Below the pieces are notes generated by a model. That model had not been told where the DNA came from and made no database searches. It saw nothing but the letters and a program-made list of their open reading frames with translations. DNA of 64,000 bases from the human T2T-CHM13v2.0 reference genome, Homo sapiens: the NCBI RefSeq assembly GCF_009914755.1, contig NC_060930.1; one strand, given 5' to 3'. This document shows positions 46,319-63,977 of this stretch, piece after piece (positions within the stretch are counted from its first letter, which is position 1; each line of letters starts with the position of its first letter). Position numbers and translations under genes: made by a program.

Positions 46319-46503
46319 CAGTGGTTCCCAAAATGTGGTCCTCAAGACAGGCAGCATCAGCATTATGGAGAAACTAAGAAATGCCAATTAACAGGCCCAA
46401 CCCAGATTTACTGAATCAGAAGCTCTGAGAGCAGGGCTTATACATTTGTATTTTAACAAGCTCTCCTTGGGATTCTGATGTACACTACATTTGAGAACCA
46501 CTG
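46319..46503 (+). mobile_element. MER5A
   Basis: TIRs cagtggttcccaaa / tttgagaaccactg; TSD-like taataggt/aactaggt. Confidence 0.88.
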
Positions 46504-47238
46504 AACTAGGTTAACTCAGGTAATTCGAAAGGAATGGGAAATAAATTGATTGGAAACAATACTTTAATCAAAATATTTGTATAATACAAGTACTGTATTG
46601 TTCCTGCAGTGAACGAAGCAAAAATTGTTAATAATCTTTAGTCTGGCAAATAGCACATGAGATATTAAACCATGAGGTCCTGAATGTGCAGTTTAACAAT
46701 CAACTCTCCATTTGCTGTTATATTTAAGAGTAAATAGGACAGCCAATTCCTGAACAAATGGCATGCCATCACTGCATAATTTTGTTTTTTATGTGCTTGC
46801 GGTTGTTGTTTAGGAGCTTATTTTACTGTTAAGTCATGTCTCTAAGTCATTTAAGAGCATTAGAATGAAAAGATATGGTCAAATTTATGAGGCCAAGAAT
46901 GAACCTTGTGTGAGTACTTTACACCACATTGAGAATCTAATTATTGGTCCATAACACAGCATTTATTACTGTTTTCTCTTTTCATACAGACTATGTTGCA
47001 AATTGGCATACAATAGTATCCAGTTTTAAAGGGCCATTTATATGTAAAGTAGCTATTTTTATCTATTTGTGGTAGTTTATGGGTAAAATACCCTGTTTTA
47101 GCATAGGACTGGTGATAGGAGGTTAAAAACATTTTTAAGAAATGAAAACACCTTTCAACAGTGAAAGCTATGCCAATACTGTAGATTTGGAATAACATAA
47201 TTGAGAAACATCTGTAAAATGAGGCCTGTCTTATTTTA

Positions 47239-47290
47239 TGTACAACTTTCCTGAGATACATTTTGTACAACTTTCCTGAGATACATTTTG
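47239..47290. repeat. Perfect 25-bp tandem duplication
   Basis: tgtacaactttcctgagatacattt twice. Confidence 0.95.
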
Positions 47291-47316
47291 GACTTCTTTT
47301 AAGTGCCTTTTTTAAA

Positions 47317-47613
47317 TTTTTTTTTTTTTTTTTAAGACAAGGTCTCACTCTGTCACCCAGGCTAAAGTGCAGTGACACAATCATAGCTCACTGTAGCCTT
47401 GAAAGCCTAGGCTCCAGTGATCCTCCTACCTCAGCCTCTCAAGTAGCTGGGACTACAGGCATGCACCAATACACCCAGCTAATTTTTAATTTTTTTTGAG
47501 ACATGGTCTTGTTTTGTTACCCAGGCTGGTCTCAAACTCCTGAGCCCAAGTGATCTTCCTGCCTTGGCCTCCAAAAGTTCTGGGATCATAGGCATGAGCC
47601 ACTGAGCCTGGCC
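47317..47613 (-). mobile_element. AluJ
   Basis: J-type dimer. Confidence 0.92.
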
Positions 47614-47894
47614 TCATTAAAATTCTTAATAGGGAAATCAACAGGATGGAAATATAAACTAGAGATGTATGTAAATATTTCTTGATGTCTAAACACTTCA
47701 GGAAACTTGAACATTTTAATAAAGTTTAATAAAAATTTTAAATAAATAAACATTTAAAAAAATTTCCTAAGGTCTTTCCAAACTCTTCACACAGCCTAAA
47801 CTTCCTCTACCAATGATTAATTAGAATCCAGAAGGCAGGGGAAAATAAACATACTGGTTTTGTGCTGGTTCAGCTTTTACATTTGAAAAATCAT

Positions 47895-49512
47895 AATACG
47901 GTGAGAAATAGAAGATTTCCCACTAACATCAAGAACAAGGCAGGGATGTCCCCTCTTACCACTGCTTTTCAATATTGTACTAGATGTCCTATAAGAAAAA
48001 ATAAAAAAGGAAATAAAAGGTATACTGATTAGGAAAGAAGAAAAATAAAATTTTGTCTGCAGATGACATATTTTCTATGCAGAAAATCTGAATCAACAAA
48101 AGAAATCTGAAACTAATAAGTGAGTATTGCAAGATTTCAGGATAAAAGGTTAATATAGAAAATCAATGTTTTCCTATATATCAGCAATGGACAAGTGGAA
48201 TTTGAAATTAAAAACACAATACCATTGTGAGCACACACCTAAAAAATGAAATACTTAGATATAAACGTAACAAAATATGTACAAGATCCATATGAAGAAA
48301 ACTACAAAATTCTGATGAAAAAAATCAAAGAACAGATGGAGATATTCCATGTTTATAGATAGAAGATTGAATACCAAGACGTCAGTTCTTCCCAACTTGG
48401 AATAATAGATTACTGCAATCCCAATAAAAATTCTAGCAAGTTATTTTGTAGACACAAACTGATTATGAAGTTTATGTGGAGAAGCAAAAGGTTCAAAATA
48501 GCCAATTTCTGACAATGATTGACACTACCCAACTTCAAGACTTTCTATAGAGATACAGAAATGAAGATAATCTTGTCTCGATTTGTGGTACTGGTGAAAG
48601 AATAAATCAATGGAACAGCATAGAGAGCCTAGAAATTGATCCACATAAATACAGTCAATTGATCTTTGACAAAGGAACAAAGACAATTAAATGAAGAAAA
48701 GACAGCCTTTTTAACAAATGGTGCTGGAAAAACTAGATATCCATATACACATACAAAAAAAAATGAATGTAGACACAGACCTTATACCTTTCACAAAAAT
48801 TAACTCAAAATGGATCATAGACCTAAATGTAAAATGCAATACTATAAAACTCCTAGAAGATAATACAGGATAAAATCTAGATGACCCTGGGTTTGGAGAT
48901 GACTTTTTAGGTATGACACTAAAAGCATGATCCATGAAAGAAAAAATTTGACAAGCTGAGCTTCATTAAAATGAAAAACTGCTCTGCAAAAGACACTGTC
49001 AAGAGAATGAGAAGACAAGCCAAGGCCTAAGAGAAAATTTGCAAAACATGTATCTAATAAAGAACTGTTAATGAAAATTATACAAAGAACTCTTCAAAAT
49101 AATGAGAAAGCAAAGATTCCAACTTTAAAAATGGGACAAAGATCTTAATAGACACCTCACTAAAGAAGACAAACAGATGGTAAATAAGTATATGGAAAGA
49201 TGTTCCACATCGCAAATCATCAAGTAAATGCAAATGAAAACAACAAGATACTAATTAGTACCTACTGATTAGAATGGTCAAAATCCAGAACACTAACACC
49301 ACCAAATGTTGGTGAGGGTGTGAAACAACGGGAACTTTCATTCATTTCAGGTGGAAATGCAAAATAGTACAGATAGTTTGGAAGACAGTTTGGCAGTTAC
49401 AAAACTAAACACACTCTTACCATATGATACAGCAATAGCACTCCTTAGTATTTAAACTAACGAACTGAAAATTTATGACCATACAAAAAACTGGACAGAT
49501 GTTTACAGCAGC
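47895..49512 (+). mobile_element. L1MC/MD-like ORF2 3' portion
   Basis: caaggcagggatgtcccctctta, tgcagatgacat (YADD region), aattaactcaaaatggatcatagacctaaatg. Confidence 0.88.
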
Positions 49513-50494
49513 ACTTTCAGACATGTATTATAGAATATTTACATGTACATGTTTGAATTATGCTTGTTTTATGTTGAAATATAATCTGTAATTTACATAC
49601 ATCAAGATAACTCAGTACATTAAGTATTATTTACAGAGAGAGATCCAAAATATATCTCAAGATGTAAGGCAGATTCCACTAAGCTTGACTTTCTAAATAA
49701 CCTTTTAAAAATTATGTAGTTATTTCAAAATATTTTTAATTAAAAAGACACACACAGATATGAACTCTCCAACACAAACATACAGCTGTATAGCCTAGTG
49801 TAACATTATAAGACACATGCCATAGTAAGCAGCATCCAGATCAAGAAACAGGACTTTGCCAGCCACCCTAGAAACCCTATGTGGGCCTTGTCCCAATCAT
49901 ACTTCCTTCTCTCTCCCCCAAAGTAACCACATCCTGGCATTTACTATCTTATATGGTTTTAGCAACCAAATCTACATCATTAGACACTATAGACAGTCAT
50001 GATCATTTCAAAAAAGGATGACTTTGAAGCCTCTTATTTTAAACCACAGGCATCTCATTTTTTCTTTTCTTTTCCTTATAATTTATGTGGACAAATCTGG
50101 GTTATTTGAACTGTGGGAGACTTATTCTATGGGTTCCTGACTGCATATGTATGGTGGAGTTTGGCACATTCTTCCTTCTGTATTTATGACAAATTGGAAG
50201 CTGGATGTGGAGACTTGATGCCTTTGGCAAGACTATAGGTGATATGTTATCAGGAGGCACTATGTGGTTTGCTCTCCTTTTGAGAAGCAAGCAGCTGTTG
50301 GTGACCATGGTCCAGATCCATTAATTCATCAGGAGTTGTAAAAATGGTGATTTTCTACTTTTATCATTTCACTTTCATTTGTAAGCAGGTATAATTTTAA
50401 GAGAAACATTGCTTATCTACTATTTAGTTACCAGTGATATAGTTCATACAGGAGGGGCAAGATAAATGCCTGATTCTTTTCCTTTATTTACCAG

Positions 50495-51952
<1,458 letters not shown>

Positions 51953-52044
51953 TACCAGTTTTCAAGATAACTGCTTTCCTGTCATTCTTTGAAGGTGACC
52001 AATTATTTTTGCTTTTCATTATGATGAACTTATCCATTTATTGA

Positions 52045-52176
52045 TTTTTATTTTTAATTAGAGATAGGGTCTTGCTATGCTGTCCAGGCTGGTTTTGAAC
52101 TCCTGGGTTCAAGCTATCCTCCTGCCTCAGCCTCTCAAGTAGCTGTGATTACATGCATGCTTCACTGCCCATGGCT
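52045..52176 (-). mobile_element. FLAM (Alu left monomer)
   Basis: Single monomer; 16-bp TSD tgaacttatc(c/a)attta. Confidence 0.88.
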
Positions 52177-52589
52177 TGAACTTATCAATTTAAACGTACT
52201 TAGTGGATTTTAATCTATTATAGTTCTTATTTTTACTGAAACTCAAAATTCTCATTTTTGGCCAATGGAAGCCTCTTCCAGTTGGCTCCTGAGTCCTTTG
52301 ACCTTACTCTAGCAGTCTTTGTTAGCTTCTTTGTTACCTGGTTTGATATTTCAGACTAATCTTGTACATTTCCAATTTCAGTCTCTTCTCCAAGAAGCCC
52401 TGGTTAGTGGAAAATATTAATTCAAGCCCGCACTCTGTGTGTTAGAGATGCTCATAGCTACTGGTTTCATACTGTTTCTAGGTCTTTTCAGGGGACATAC
52501 ATATATATGCATATTTATGTATATTTAAAATACAATATATCATATGCTCATATTAATATTTTCAATTAAAACTCAGAACTATAGTGTTT

Positions 52590-52815
52590 TTCTTTTTAAC
52601 ATATCATACAATTCACCCATTTAAAGTATACACTTTAGTGGCTTTAGTATACTCACACTGAGTTGATTCACAATTTTAGAACATTATCATCATCTCAAAA
52701 AAGAAGTGCTGTGTGCATCAGCAGTCACTCCCCATTTCCCTCCAACCCCTCTTGTCCTAGGCAACCACTGATCTACTTTCTGTCTCTATGAATATGCCTA
52801 TTTTGGACATCATAC
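52590..52815 (-). mobile_element. L1MB 3' end
   Basis: caattcacccatttaaagt...ggcaaccactgatctactttctgtctctatg. Confidence 0.8.
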
Positions 52816-53700
52816 AGTATTTATTTGGTGGTCTGAAGTTTGTTCCCAGGTATATTCATCAGGAAAGGGTCCTGGAAACAATATTCCCAAGTTCTTGCAT
52901 GCTGACAATAGCCCGCTTGTGTCATTTACACCTGAAAGTCAGTTTTGCTGGGTATAAAAATCTTTGTTTCTCATTCTCACCACGGCTGCCAGAATATCCC
53001 TTGAGTTGGTCATTAAAATGAGAGATCTATTTATAATACAATAGAATGCAATCTGCGAATTTGGGGTAAGAAATGAGTTAAAACTATGGTCATCCCCTAA
53101 GTAAAGAATCAGTACATATTCCCAACTGTTTCTGTGAATATTGCAGTTTACTGTTTTCCTTGAACGACTTCTCTACTTCTTAGCATCTTCTTTCCACTAT
53201 CCACCAACTACTTTCTCTTCCATAGAACACAATATTTTTCCAGGGGAAAAAGATGCCCAACTTTTCTACTTCTTTTTCATTCCCACGTATACATATCTGG
53301 ACTACCTAAGCATTGTATGGCAAGAAACACAACTCTACATTTCACTGGAAGGAGTCATTGTGTTTAGATACAAAAATGGGTTAAGAAGTTTTGAGTTACA
53401 GGAAGGAAATTTATCCCACTATACCCCTCCCCTAATTTATAATATTCTGTGAACTTGAATGTTAGTGTATCATAGTTCTAGAAAAATGGATTTAAAGGAA
53501 TGCTTAAAAGACATTTATTTCATATTCCATTACTTAAATCAATTAAAAAAAAACAATGTGATAAAGGGTTTGCTCTAGGTAATACCTAATAACCAAACAG
53601 AGCCTGAGAAACCAGAATTCTAGATTCTAAAGGTAATGTTCTTTCCACCCTATAAGAGCTACTTCTTAAGTTCATTAGCTGGATGTCTCCAATACAATGA

Positions 53701-54019
<319 letters not shown>

Positions 54020-55419
54020 AACCCCCGGTTTACAAATGATTTACCTATAGGCTCAAAATTTGGTGATTTCCCTTAGAAAGAAAGAGATCTAGTAAGGGCC
54101 TCAGATCACTACATAAAAGTCTACTCCAGTTACATGTTCTCAGACAAGTACCTCGTATCCTATTACTGGAAGGAGAAACACAGTCTTAGGGTGACAAGGA
54201 AGTAAAGTGACAGAATACATTATTAGCTTTTTGTCACATCTATAGATTCCATGAAACAGCTTTAAAAAATTAAGTATTTCAAATTTACACATGGCTTCAA
54301 TATCGGTGTAGTCATAACCAAACTATCAATTCCTATCATGAATAGTCTTATATTTGCTTTGGATAATTAAAAATAAAGTAAAATATTACAAAATTGTAAA
54401 CATATACTTTCTAATTGTCTTCAGTTTCCATGGTAAAGTGAGTCTAGATTTTGATTTGTAAAGCCTCACGAGTTTCTGGTAGACTGTGTCCTTCCGTTTT
54501 AATAGTCACCTCTTTTATCTCTCAGACCAGGTTTTCTTTTTTCTCCTGCTCATTACTGAAAAGCTTTTCTCTTACTCCCTTCTTTCTCAAGCAAGCATTC
54601 ATTCTTTTTGAAGTTTCTTAAGGGCCATTTACTGCTTGTAACAACAGGAAAAAGGCTCTTTGCTATGCCTTTCCTAACACCTTTCAATTAGATCCTGTAG
54701 GAATAGACAAAGTCACTGACTGTGCCAGGTATCTCAGTAGCCCAAAATTTCCATGTATGTTAGTAATAAATATAAACTTTATTATATGCTTATCTATAGC
54801 AATAATATATTAATAGAGCGTATACACTTATCACAAATAATTCAACTTTTGACTTCTAAATGGTTAAGGAAAATGAAGAGATTAGAAATGCTCAATTTTT
54901 TTTAAAGAATACAAAATACATACTATTTTGTACCACACTTTCGATTGATTTATGAATGTGTGTGTGTTTTCAACGGAGAAATCTTGTTACTATCAGCAGC
55001 CTTTGTCTTTTTGAACTGCTTTGGATAATATAAAGACAAAGTAGTTGGATCTGAGACTGTGCAAGGATTTATGACCAATCTTTATTTAAGCTTTATGTCA
55101 CCTCCATTTCCATGTGAACTGAGGATAATATTAACAGCTAATAGATGTTGTTGTAAATAAACAACCTTCTAAGATGGAAATCTATAAATTGACTATAAAG
55201 AAGGAAATCCAGTTACCACTAAGTCATTTTCTTTATGAAACAGATGTCAGAAAGGGAAAAAGGTGACTTTCAAGACTTTATAAGCTGAATTCTAGTATGA
55301 AAAGTTAAAAAAATTTAAATCTTTAGAGGTTGGAAAAACTGAATCCTGAGTAAGACTGGGGCAGAAATTTAGTTAATGATTGTTTTCCAAATCTGTTGTG
55401 ATTTTCCTTTAATATTTTC

Positions 55420-56025
55420 TGATCAAAAGAATATTACAAGTTCAGTATGGAAATTCAGATGAGTACAGAAAAACAGGCAGAGGGAAGGATCACATACCAA
55501 CCGGAAGCAAATATTTAGGAATATTAGGTTTATAGTTTAGAAATAGCTCCACATCATTTTTCTCTATATTTTCCATAGCTGAAATCATATCATACATGAA
55601 AGTATCCTGCATTATTTACCATATCCATACTTGCCCATGCCCTTGAATAAACAAGCATAAATTTTAATGGCTGCATATTACTCTGTTATGTGAGCATTCC
55701 ATGATCTGCTGCACTCCCTTACTGCTGAATATTTGAGATGTTTCTTCTTATTTACTAAATATATAAAATATTTCCAAGACCTGCTTCTGGCATAATATAA
55801 TTACATTTTTGGATTATTTCCTTTGGATAGATTCCCCAATGCAGGATAAGAGTAACTGGAGCTAAAAGGATCTACTCATATATACAGCACTTGTTTTTTT
55901 TCTTTTCCAGAACACTTTTATCATATTACATTCCCAACAGCAATGCCTGAGAGTAAATTTTTGCCCCACTCTTACCAAACTAGGTATTAACATGATTTTC
56001 TGTCTTTGTTAATTTGATAGGAAAA
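55420..56025 (-). mobile_element. L1ME-like relic
   Basis: ttttaatggctgcatatt, ttacattcccaacagcaatg. Confidence 0.55.
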
Positions 56026-57267
56026 AAAGGTTGGGGGAGAGGAGTCTAAGTGTTGGTATTTTATTCTGAGTATTCATAAAGTGGGTAAATGCTGATTCAG
56101 CAACTATCTGGACACAGGGGAAAGTATTGAATGGATAAGGAAAAGTAGTGGGAATTGCAACACCAAGTAGTGGGGTTGCATGAGATTGAGAACATCTGTT
56201 AGTGTGGAAAACTGCCCATTTATGAGTAATAATTAAACTCCATTATTTGAGAGGACCTCCTGAGATTTCACTATGGGTTGGATCCCTATGAAAAACTCCT
56301 GAGAGATGCCAGGCCACTGGATCTAATCTTAGTTTAATCTTAGAAGCACTGGTTTTGAGTGTTCTCATTTGTGAACAATTAACATAATTAAGAGAAAACA
56401 TACTATAAAATGTTCACTGTAAATCTTTAACTATAATGAGTAGATATTTTGTAGTTACTTTTATGATATATGACAATAAATCTGAGCAATCCTGTCTTAC
56501 TTTTTCTAAGTGAATAAAATATAAAGAGCACTGGAGTCCAAATTTTTATTCACAGTCTAGAGAAATTCATTAAAGTGCTGTCAACATATGGTAGATTTAC
56601 GAGCTATTTCTAAGTGCTTTTTGGAGTTCTCTAATTACATAAAAGCATACCAATTGTATTGGTAAGCCTTCAAAATTTATGTCTGTTGATAAAGCCAAAA
56701 TATTTTAGTTTCATCTGAAATGACAAGGTATTACCTTTTCCCTTCATTTATATCAGATATGATTTGAAAATTGAAAATAATATTTTTTTCTAAATCGTGA
56801 ACATCTACCTCATTCAGTGTCTCAACTACCTCAACTACTACCATTTTCAATATGCCTGAGAAAAGGCTGAATGTATACCTTAACTGTCACAATGTCACAC
56901 CAAAATATATACATTTTACCAACATTTTGAAGTGTATCTGACTTTAGTTCAGAATAAAAAGAGAGATTAAAGCTGAAATCACATGGCTGTCTTTATATAT
57001 ATTGAAAGTTTTTGTTATATGTACTCACTGGATAATGAAAACCATTTTACTCTATTGATGAAAAGAGTCAGAGATTGAAGAATAAAAACATGGGAAAGAA
57101 AATGAGAATTTTTTCAATTTAATGAACTATATTAAAAATTCAAGGACAGCTTTGTGTTTTGAGAAAGACTTAAGTGCAATGAATAAATGTTTTCAAACAC
57201 AACTTGTGCAAAAATCTATTATTAACTCATAAGCATTACGAGTGTGATTATGGTTTAGTTTTCATAA

Positions 57268-57943
<676 letters not shown>

Positions 57944-58309
57944 AACTGCTAGTTCATTTTTATGAGATTTAGGTATGTAACTGATAAGCAAGTAAACAGA
58001 AAAGGAAGAAAAGTTGTGGTACCAACCCTGGCAACACTGGTTTTGGGAATAATATGTGGACACGGTCATGTGCTTTGCTACAGACAGCAGAGTGTAATCC
58101 CATTTCTGTCATGTCCTATATGGCTAAGGAATTAGCTTCTCAGAGCTTCAGTGTATCTACAATATGGAGATGACGTAATTACCCCAGTACTGATACTGTG
58201 TACTTGGCACACAATAAACCATAAAAAAAGTTTTATCACCATTGCTGCCCTCCTTCTCTTCTTCTTCATTCCAAAGGAAAGAAAGAAATGAACCATCAAT
58301 ACAGAACTC

Positions 58310-58650
58310 TTAAGTTCCTCTCTTTAGAATGTTATTTCCTCCAAATCTTCCATGGTTGACCCTTCTATGTTATTCAGACTGTGGCTCCGATTTGGCCTAA
58401 AGTAGTCCTCATCATCTCCCTTTCCCACCCTCCATCACTTTATCACATGGTTATATTGTATTTTCTTCAGAGCTCTTATTGCCATCTAAAATGATCCTGT
58501 GAACTTGTTTAACATTTTACCCCCTTATCATGTAAATCTTACGAAAGCAGAAACTTTGTCTAATTTGTTCACTGCTGAATCCTCCAGAGACTAGAACATG
58601 GCATGGAACATAACAGATGCTTAACACATTTGCTGAATAAAGGAGTGAAT
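58310..58650 (+). mobile_element. L2a 3' end
   Basis: ttgttcactgctgaatcctccagagactagaaca...atttgctgaataa. Confidence 0.75.
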
Positions 58651-59742
58651 CATAAGGGACTAGACATGTTAAAAATTGGAAGCCTGACCAGATGATAGAG
58701 AGAAGTCTACTATAACTAGTCATTCAGGGCTCAATTCTAAATTAGTATTATTCCAAGTTTAGTTATAAAGCATTAGACGGCAGAAACTCATAAATGCTGG
58801 AGTTATTTGCCTTAATAGCTAAACCTAAACTGTATTATACAGTGTTCTTTCTACCTGACTATAGTAACCACATCAGAGAAAACTAAGGAAGTCACTATTT
58901 AATAATCATAATATCAAGTTAGACTTAAGAACTGAAACACATAAGTTAGCAGTAATTTATAAATTAGAGCAACTGTGGGTATTGTTTTGTCAATAACTAA
59001 AAATAACATAAAATATGATTACACAAGTAAATGCATCAACCTAAATGGTATTTATAAAACTAAGATGACAATCTCTTCTGCTTATCTTTTCTAACCCTAG
59101 CCTTCTACCTAATGTCAAGAATGAAAAACAAAAGTGTTTAGAATAAAGAGCCACGAAAAAAATTCTTCTGTTCTATGCCTATCCTATTAAAGCTCTGGAA
59201 TTTCCTTGTTTTTGAAGGACCTTAGAATCTCTATTTGTACTACTTCAGAGGAATCGGATACTTCAAATTATTATAAAATAAATATCAATTGTTAAGTTAA
59301 AAACAAACATTGCCCTCAAGGCTTATGTTTATTTTATTATCAATTTAAATGAATTTTCAGCTAAATTACAAGACTGGAGCTGTTTGCTTTCAAATGCAAA
59401 CAAATTGTGGCATACTCAGATATATGACCTCTCTTGGGAAAACATTTCATCATGTAGCAGAAGTGACTTCGTTATTATTATTAAAATGGTTAACCCTATG
59501 ATCTGTCAGTGAACTATTTTCTAAAATGTTTTAAAGAAAAAAACTTAAAAAAATACATAAACCATAAATCTACATCATAAAGTGATAACACAAGAAAGTC
59601 TGGCAAATGAAATCTTTAGAGGACTTCCTTTAGAAGGCACCTAATTCCCAGACCATAAAAATTTTTAACAAAAACAAATTTTTTTATGAATCAAATGATA
59701 GTTTCATACATTAGGTAAGACTTAATTTATAGAATAAATCCA

Positions 59743-60370
<628 letters not shown>

Positions 60371-60817
60371 ACCAATGACAAAAATCCAAAACAAATTCAC
60401 AGCACCACAATCAAACTGTCTACATTTATCTATGCAGATAAAATTCCAGTATATTTTAGAAGAAACAGCTCTGTACAGGTATAGATGCATTAAAATCCAG
60501 CTAATTAGCTGATATTCATTTTGTTTACATTTCTACTGCCAACTCTAATTATCTGACTTACTTCTTAAGGCTCTAGAGTCATAATGTTTGTTCAACAATC
60601 ACATATTTAAACTTCATTCTGCATGAATATTTCCCTCTGCTTTTTGTTTAAGCAGCAACCTTTACTCAGTACATATTTTAGTATGGATTTATGAATTTTA
60701 TAGAAAGTGTTTATATTTTAGCAGTATTAAAGATCACTTCACCGGTACTTAGTTTTTTTTTAAACAGCAATTTTTACATCTTATTATTTTTAAAATTGAA
60801 ATATGTTGCATCGTCAG

Positions 60818-61234
60818 TGATAATAGATATCTGTCCCCTCAAAATCTCATCTTGAAATGTGCCCCCCCCAGTGTTGGAAGGTGGGGCCTAGTAGGAGGTG
60901 TTTGGATCATGGGGGTGGATCCCTCATGAATGGCTTGGTGGCGTTCCCTTGGTGATGAATGAGTTCTTGCTCTGCAAGTTCACATGAGATCTGGTTGTTT
61001 AGAGTATGGCACCTCCCTTCTCTCTCTTGGTCCCTTCTCTGACCATGTCACATGCCTGCTCCCCCACTGCCTTCTGCCGTGAGTGGAAAGCTTCCTGAGG
61101 CTTCATGAGAAGCCAAGCAGATGCTGGAGCCTTGCTTATACAGACTGCAGAACCGTGAGCCAAATAAATCTCTCTTCTTTATAAATTACCCAGCCTCAGT
61201 ATTCTTTTATAGCAATACAAAATGGACTAACACA
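60818..61234 (+). mobile_element. MSTB-like MaLR solo LTR
   Basis: ggtggatccctcatgaatggcttggt...gccaaataaatctct...aatggactaacaca. Confidence 0.87.
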
Positions 61235-61499
61235 GCCATGCAGATAGACTCTGGCAAAATCCCCCCTCAACCATTCAATCTCATGTTATCCTAGATTATG
61301 ACATCACTTAAAACTGCTCCATTAAAAAAAACTCTTTTAATTCATACATCCCACCATATAGCCTTAACTTTAAAAGCTTCCAATAACCTATTAAATTATG
61401 GCTACTACTCCTACGCTACTTCAGCTAAACCTCAAGCAATTCAATCAGTCCATTTTCTCTCTAACCACTACTCACCTGCCTTTTTCCTACTGCCTTATA

Positions 61500-62745
61500 T
61501 TCATCTTGGACTGCATGGTCTATACATTCAATAAATTCTGCCAATACTTTAAAATCCATGCCTTTCTCTCTGTGTTACCTGGCTACCAAACCTCAACTAA
61601 AACCAACTAACTGCCTTCTCCATGCTTGTACCTAAAGTGCCGAACACTGTTGGAAAAAGCATCATACGTTTATAAGGATTGAGGCTACCATAAATTCATG
61701 GCTACCAGCCTAGACACTGTCCAGAACCTCTACCATGTTTCTGTACTCAACCCTTTAGAATGACAATTTTAAAATGTACACGTTCACATCAAACATCTCT
61801 CCTCTTCCCCTGAGTCTCAGCAGAAATCCTTGTCTTGTATTTAACAGGATCCACCAGAGAATAACTATCTCATTTATTTGCCACCAAGTCTAATAAGTTA
61901 CCTACTTGTATTCCTACCTTCTCCTCCGCTTTCTCATATTGCAAAGGATGCCTCCCCAAAGGCCATCTGTCTTCGTGAATGCCACCTTCCCCTAACTGCT
62001 TAAAGACCTTGAACTAATCTTTATTTCCTTACCACCTTCTCTTCTTCAATCAAAAACAATTTGGATTCTATCCTATTACTCTACTGAAGTACCCTCCATA
62101 AAGTCATCCATGACCTCCATGTTGTAAGATGCTAAAGAGAGTCCATATACAACTTCTAGCAGCAGCACTTGACAGAACTGAACATCTGTTTTCAAAATAG
62201 TATTTTCTCTTGGACTCTGTGATGTCACATTCTACTAGTTTCCCTCCTACTTCCCAGACCACGACTTCTGAGTCTCCTTTTCTAGCTCTTTCTTCTCAAC
62301 AACACTTAAATATTAAGGCCTATTTTCTCAGTGTATAATGCCCTGGACAATCTTACTCCTGTCCATTCTTTCAATTATCATTTAGTTGTTGATGACTCAT
62401 GGGTTCAGGCCTATCAATATCTTATCTTCTGTGCTTGAGATCTCTAATGTCTAGCTGCTACTCAGTAGCTGGGAGCCAGAATGCCCAAGTTTGAAGCCTA
62501 GCTCTGCTACTTTGCATGTCCTTGGGCAAATAACACTCTGTGCCTCTGTTTCTTCCTCCATAAAATGAGAATAAAAACAGTTCCTACTCCTACTTTATAG
62601 GGTTGTTGTGAAATTAATATTTGAATTAACATTTGTCAATGGGGACTGTGTTTCTCTTATTCACTGTTGTTTCTGCGGCACCAACTGCAGTGCCTCAAAG
62701 CAGGTATTCAATAAGCATCTGCTGATTCACTTAATGAATGAAATT
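61500..62745 (+). mobile_element. L2 fragments with an embedded MIR (~62470-62630)
   Basis: catgacctccatgttg, ttgatgactc, ctctgtgcctctgtttcttcctccataaaatgag. Confidence 0.6.
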
Positions 62746-63558
62746 ACCAGATGGTATATTATCACAATTCTGAGGCATTTTCTGCTAGCCCTATTAAATT
62801 TTAAATTTCTTGCTACAGCTATCTTATATACCCTTCTAAAGGAGATCACAATTTGAAAGAAAAATAATTTGCAAGAACATTCCTGAAAAAAATAACTTTT
62901 GTTGAAAAACATTCACTCACAGGCAAAAATCTGTGTTAGAAATCCATGTCAATATGACTCAGGCAATAAAAATGATTTGAAGTATTGGTTTCAACAGTCA
63001 TTATGAATTATAAAGTGATTCAATATAAATCAAAATAGAACATATTACCTCATCTCTTTCATTAGGCTTTTGAAAAATGAGAAGTGACTGACCTAGTGAG
63101 CACTGAAATCAAAGAAAAAGTGGTGGAAGGAAAAGCACCAGGTCTTTAACATCCAGGCAACACGGCAGGCCGCTGCCAAACAGCAACTGGCTCCCACCAC
63201 AGACAACAGCAGTGGTGGTATAGAGGGCAGTATATGTCTGTCTGTCAACTTTACTGTTTCAAATCTGGAAGGCCGGGGAGAAGCCTACAGAGTAGAAGGT
63301 ATTTTCAGGAGAGGGGAAACTTTGTAAACAAGTGCTTTTTACTTGAAAATTTAGTGAAGATGTGTGTTAGTGAAGATTCATATCCCAAGTCACACTCGTC
63401 ACCCTACTTTGGTGCCACTTTATTGAAGGGTTTTTCCAGTGAGACTGGCTGGCTCCAGTTTGGGGACTCTTGACAAAGTTATCTTCTCAGTAATTCTTAT
63501 CTTCTGCTACTCTGGGCAGTTAAGAGGGCTACACAGTCTAACCCAAGTCAGTGGTCGC

Positions 63559-63930
63559 TGTGGTGGTCATGAATGCTGTTCATCACCACCTCTTCACCCC
63601 TTTAAGTTGTAGTGGCCCTATGACTTGCTCTGGCCAATGACATGTAAGCTGAAGTAACATGGGTCTTTCAGACAAGTGCATTAAAAGCCAGTGTGGGATT
63701 TGCCAGAATCTCTTTTGCCACCACTCCCTCTTCCCCATGACAACTAGAAATGACCTAGATGGCAGCTGCCCCAGCAGGTTGGACTCTGAAGGAAGGATGA
63801 TGAGAAGCAGAGTCAAGGTAGAACATGCTGTCTTAATCCACTGAGATTTCAGGCTGTTGCTGAATGATAACACAGGTCTATTTCTCACTGATGTGAATTT
63901 GTAGTTTGCTGCTATGTGTAGGGAACTATG
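63559..63930 (+). mobile_element. MLT1 (I/J-like) LTR
   Basis: atgacttgctctggccaatgacatgtaagc...ccactgagatttc. Confidence 0.7.
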
Positions 63931-63977
63931 CTAAACTAAAAGGGATAAAAATATTTCGTTAAAAAACAACTGAATTT

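Noticed and set aside
63210-63232. CTCF-like word ggtatagagggcagta
   Set aside because: Only the 3' half matches; the CCAS 5' core is absent.
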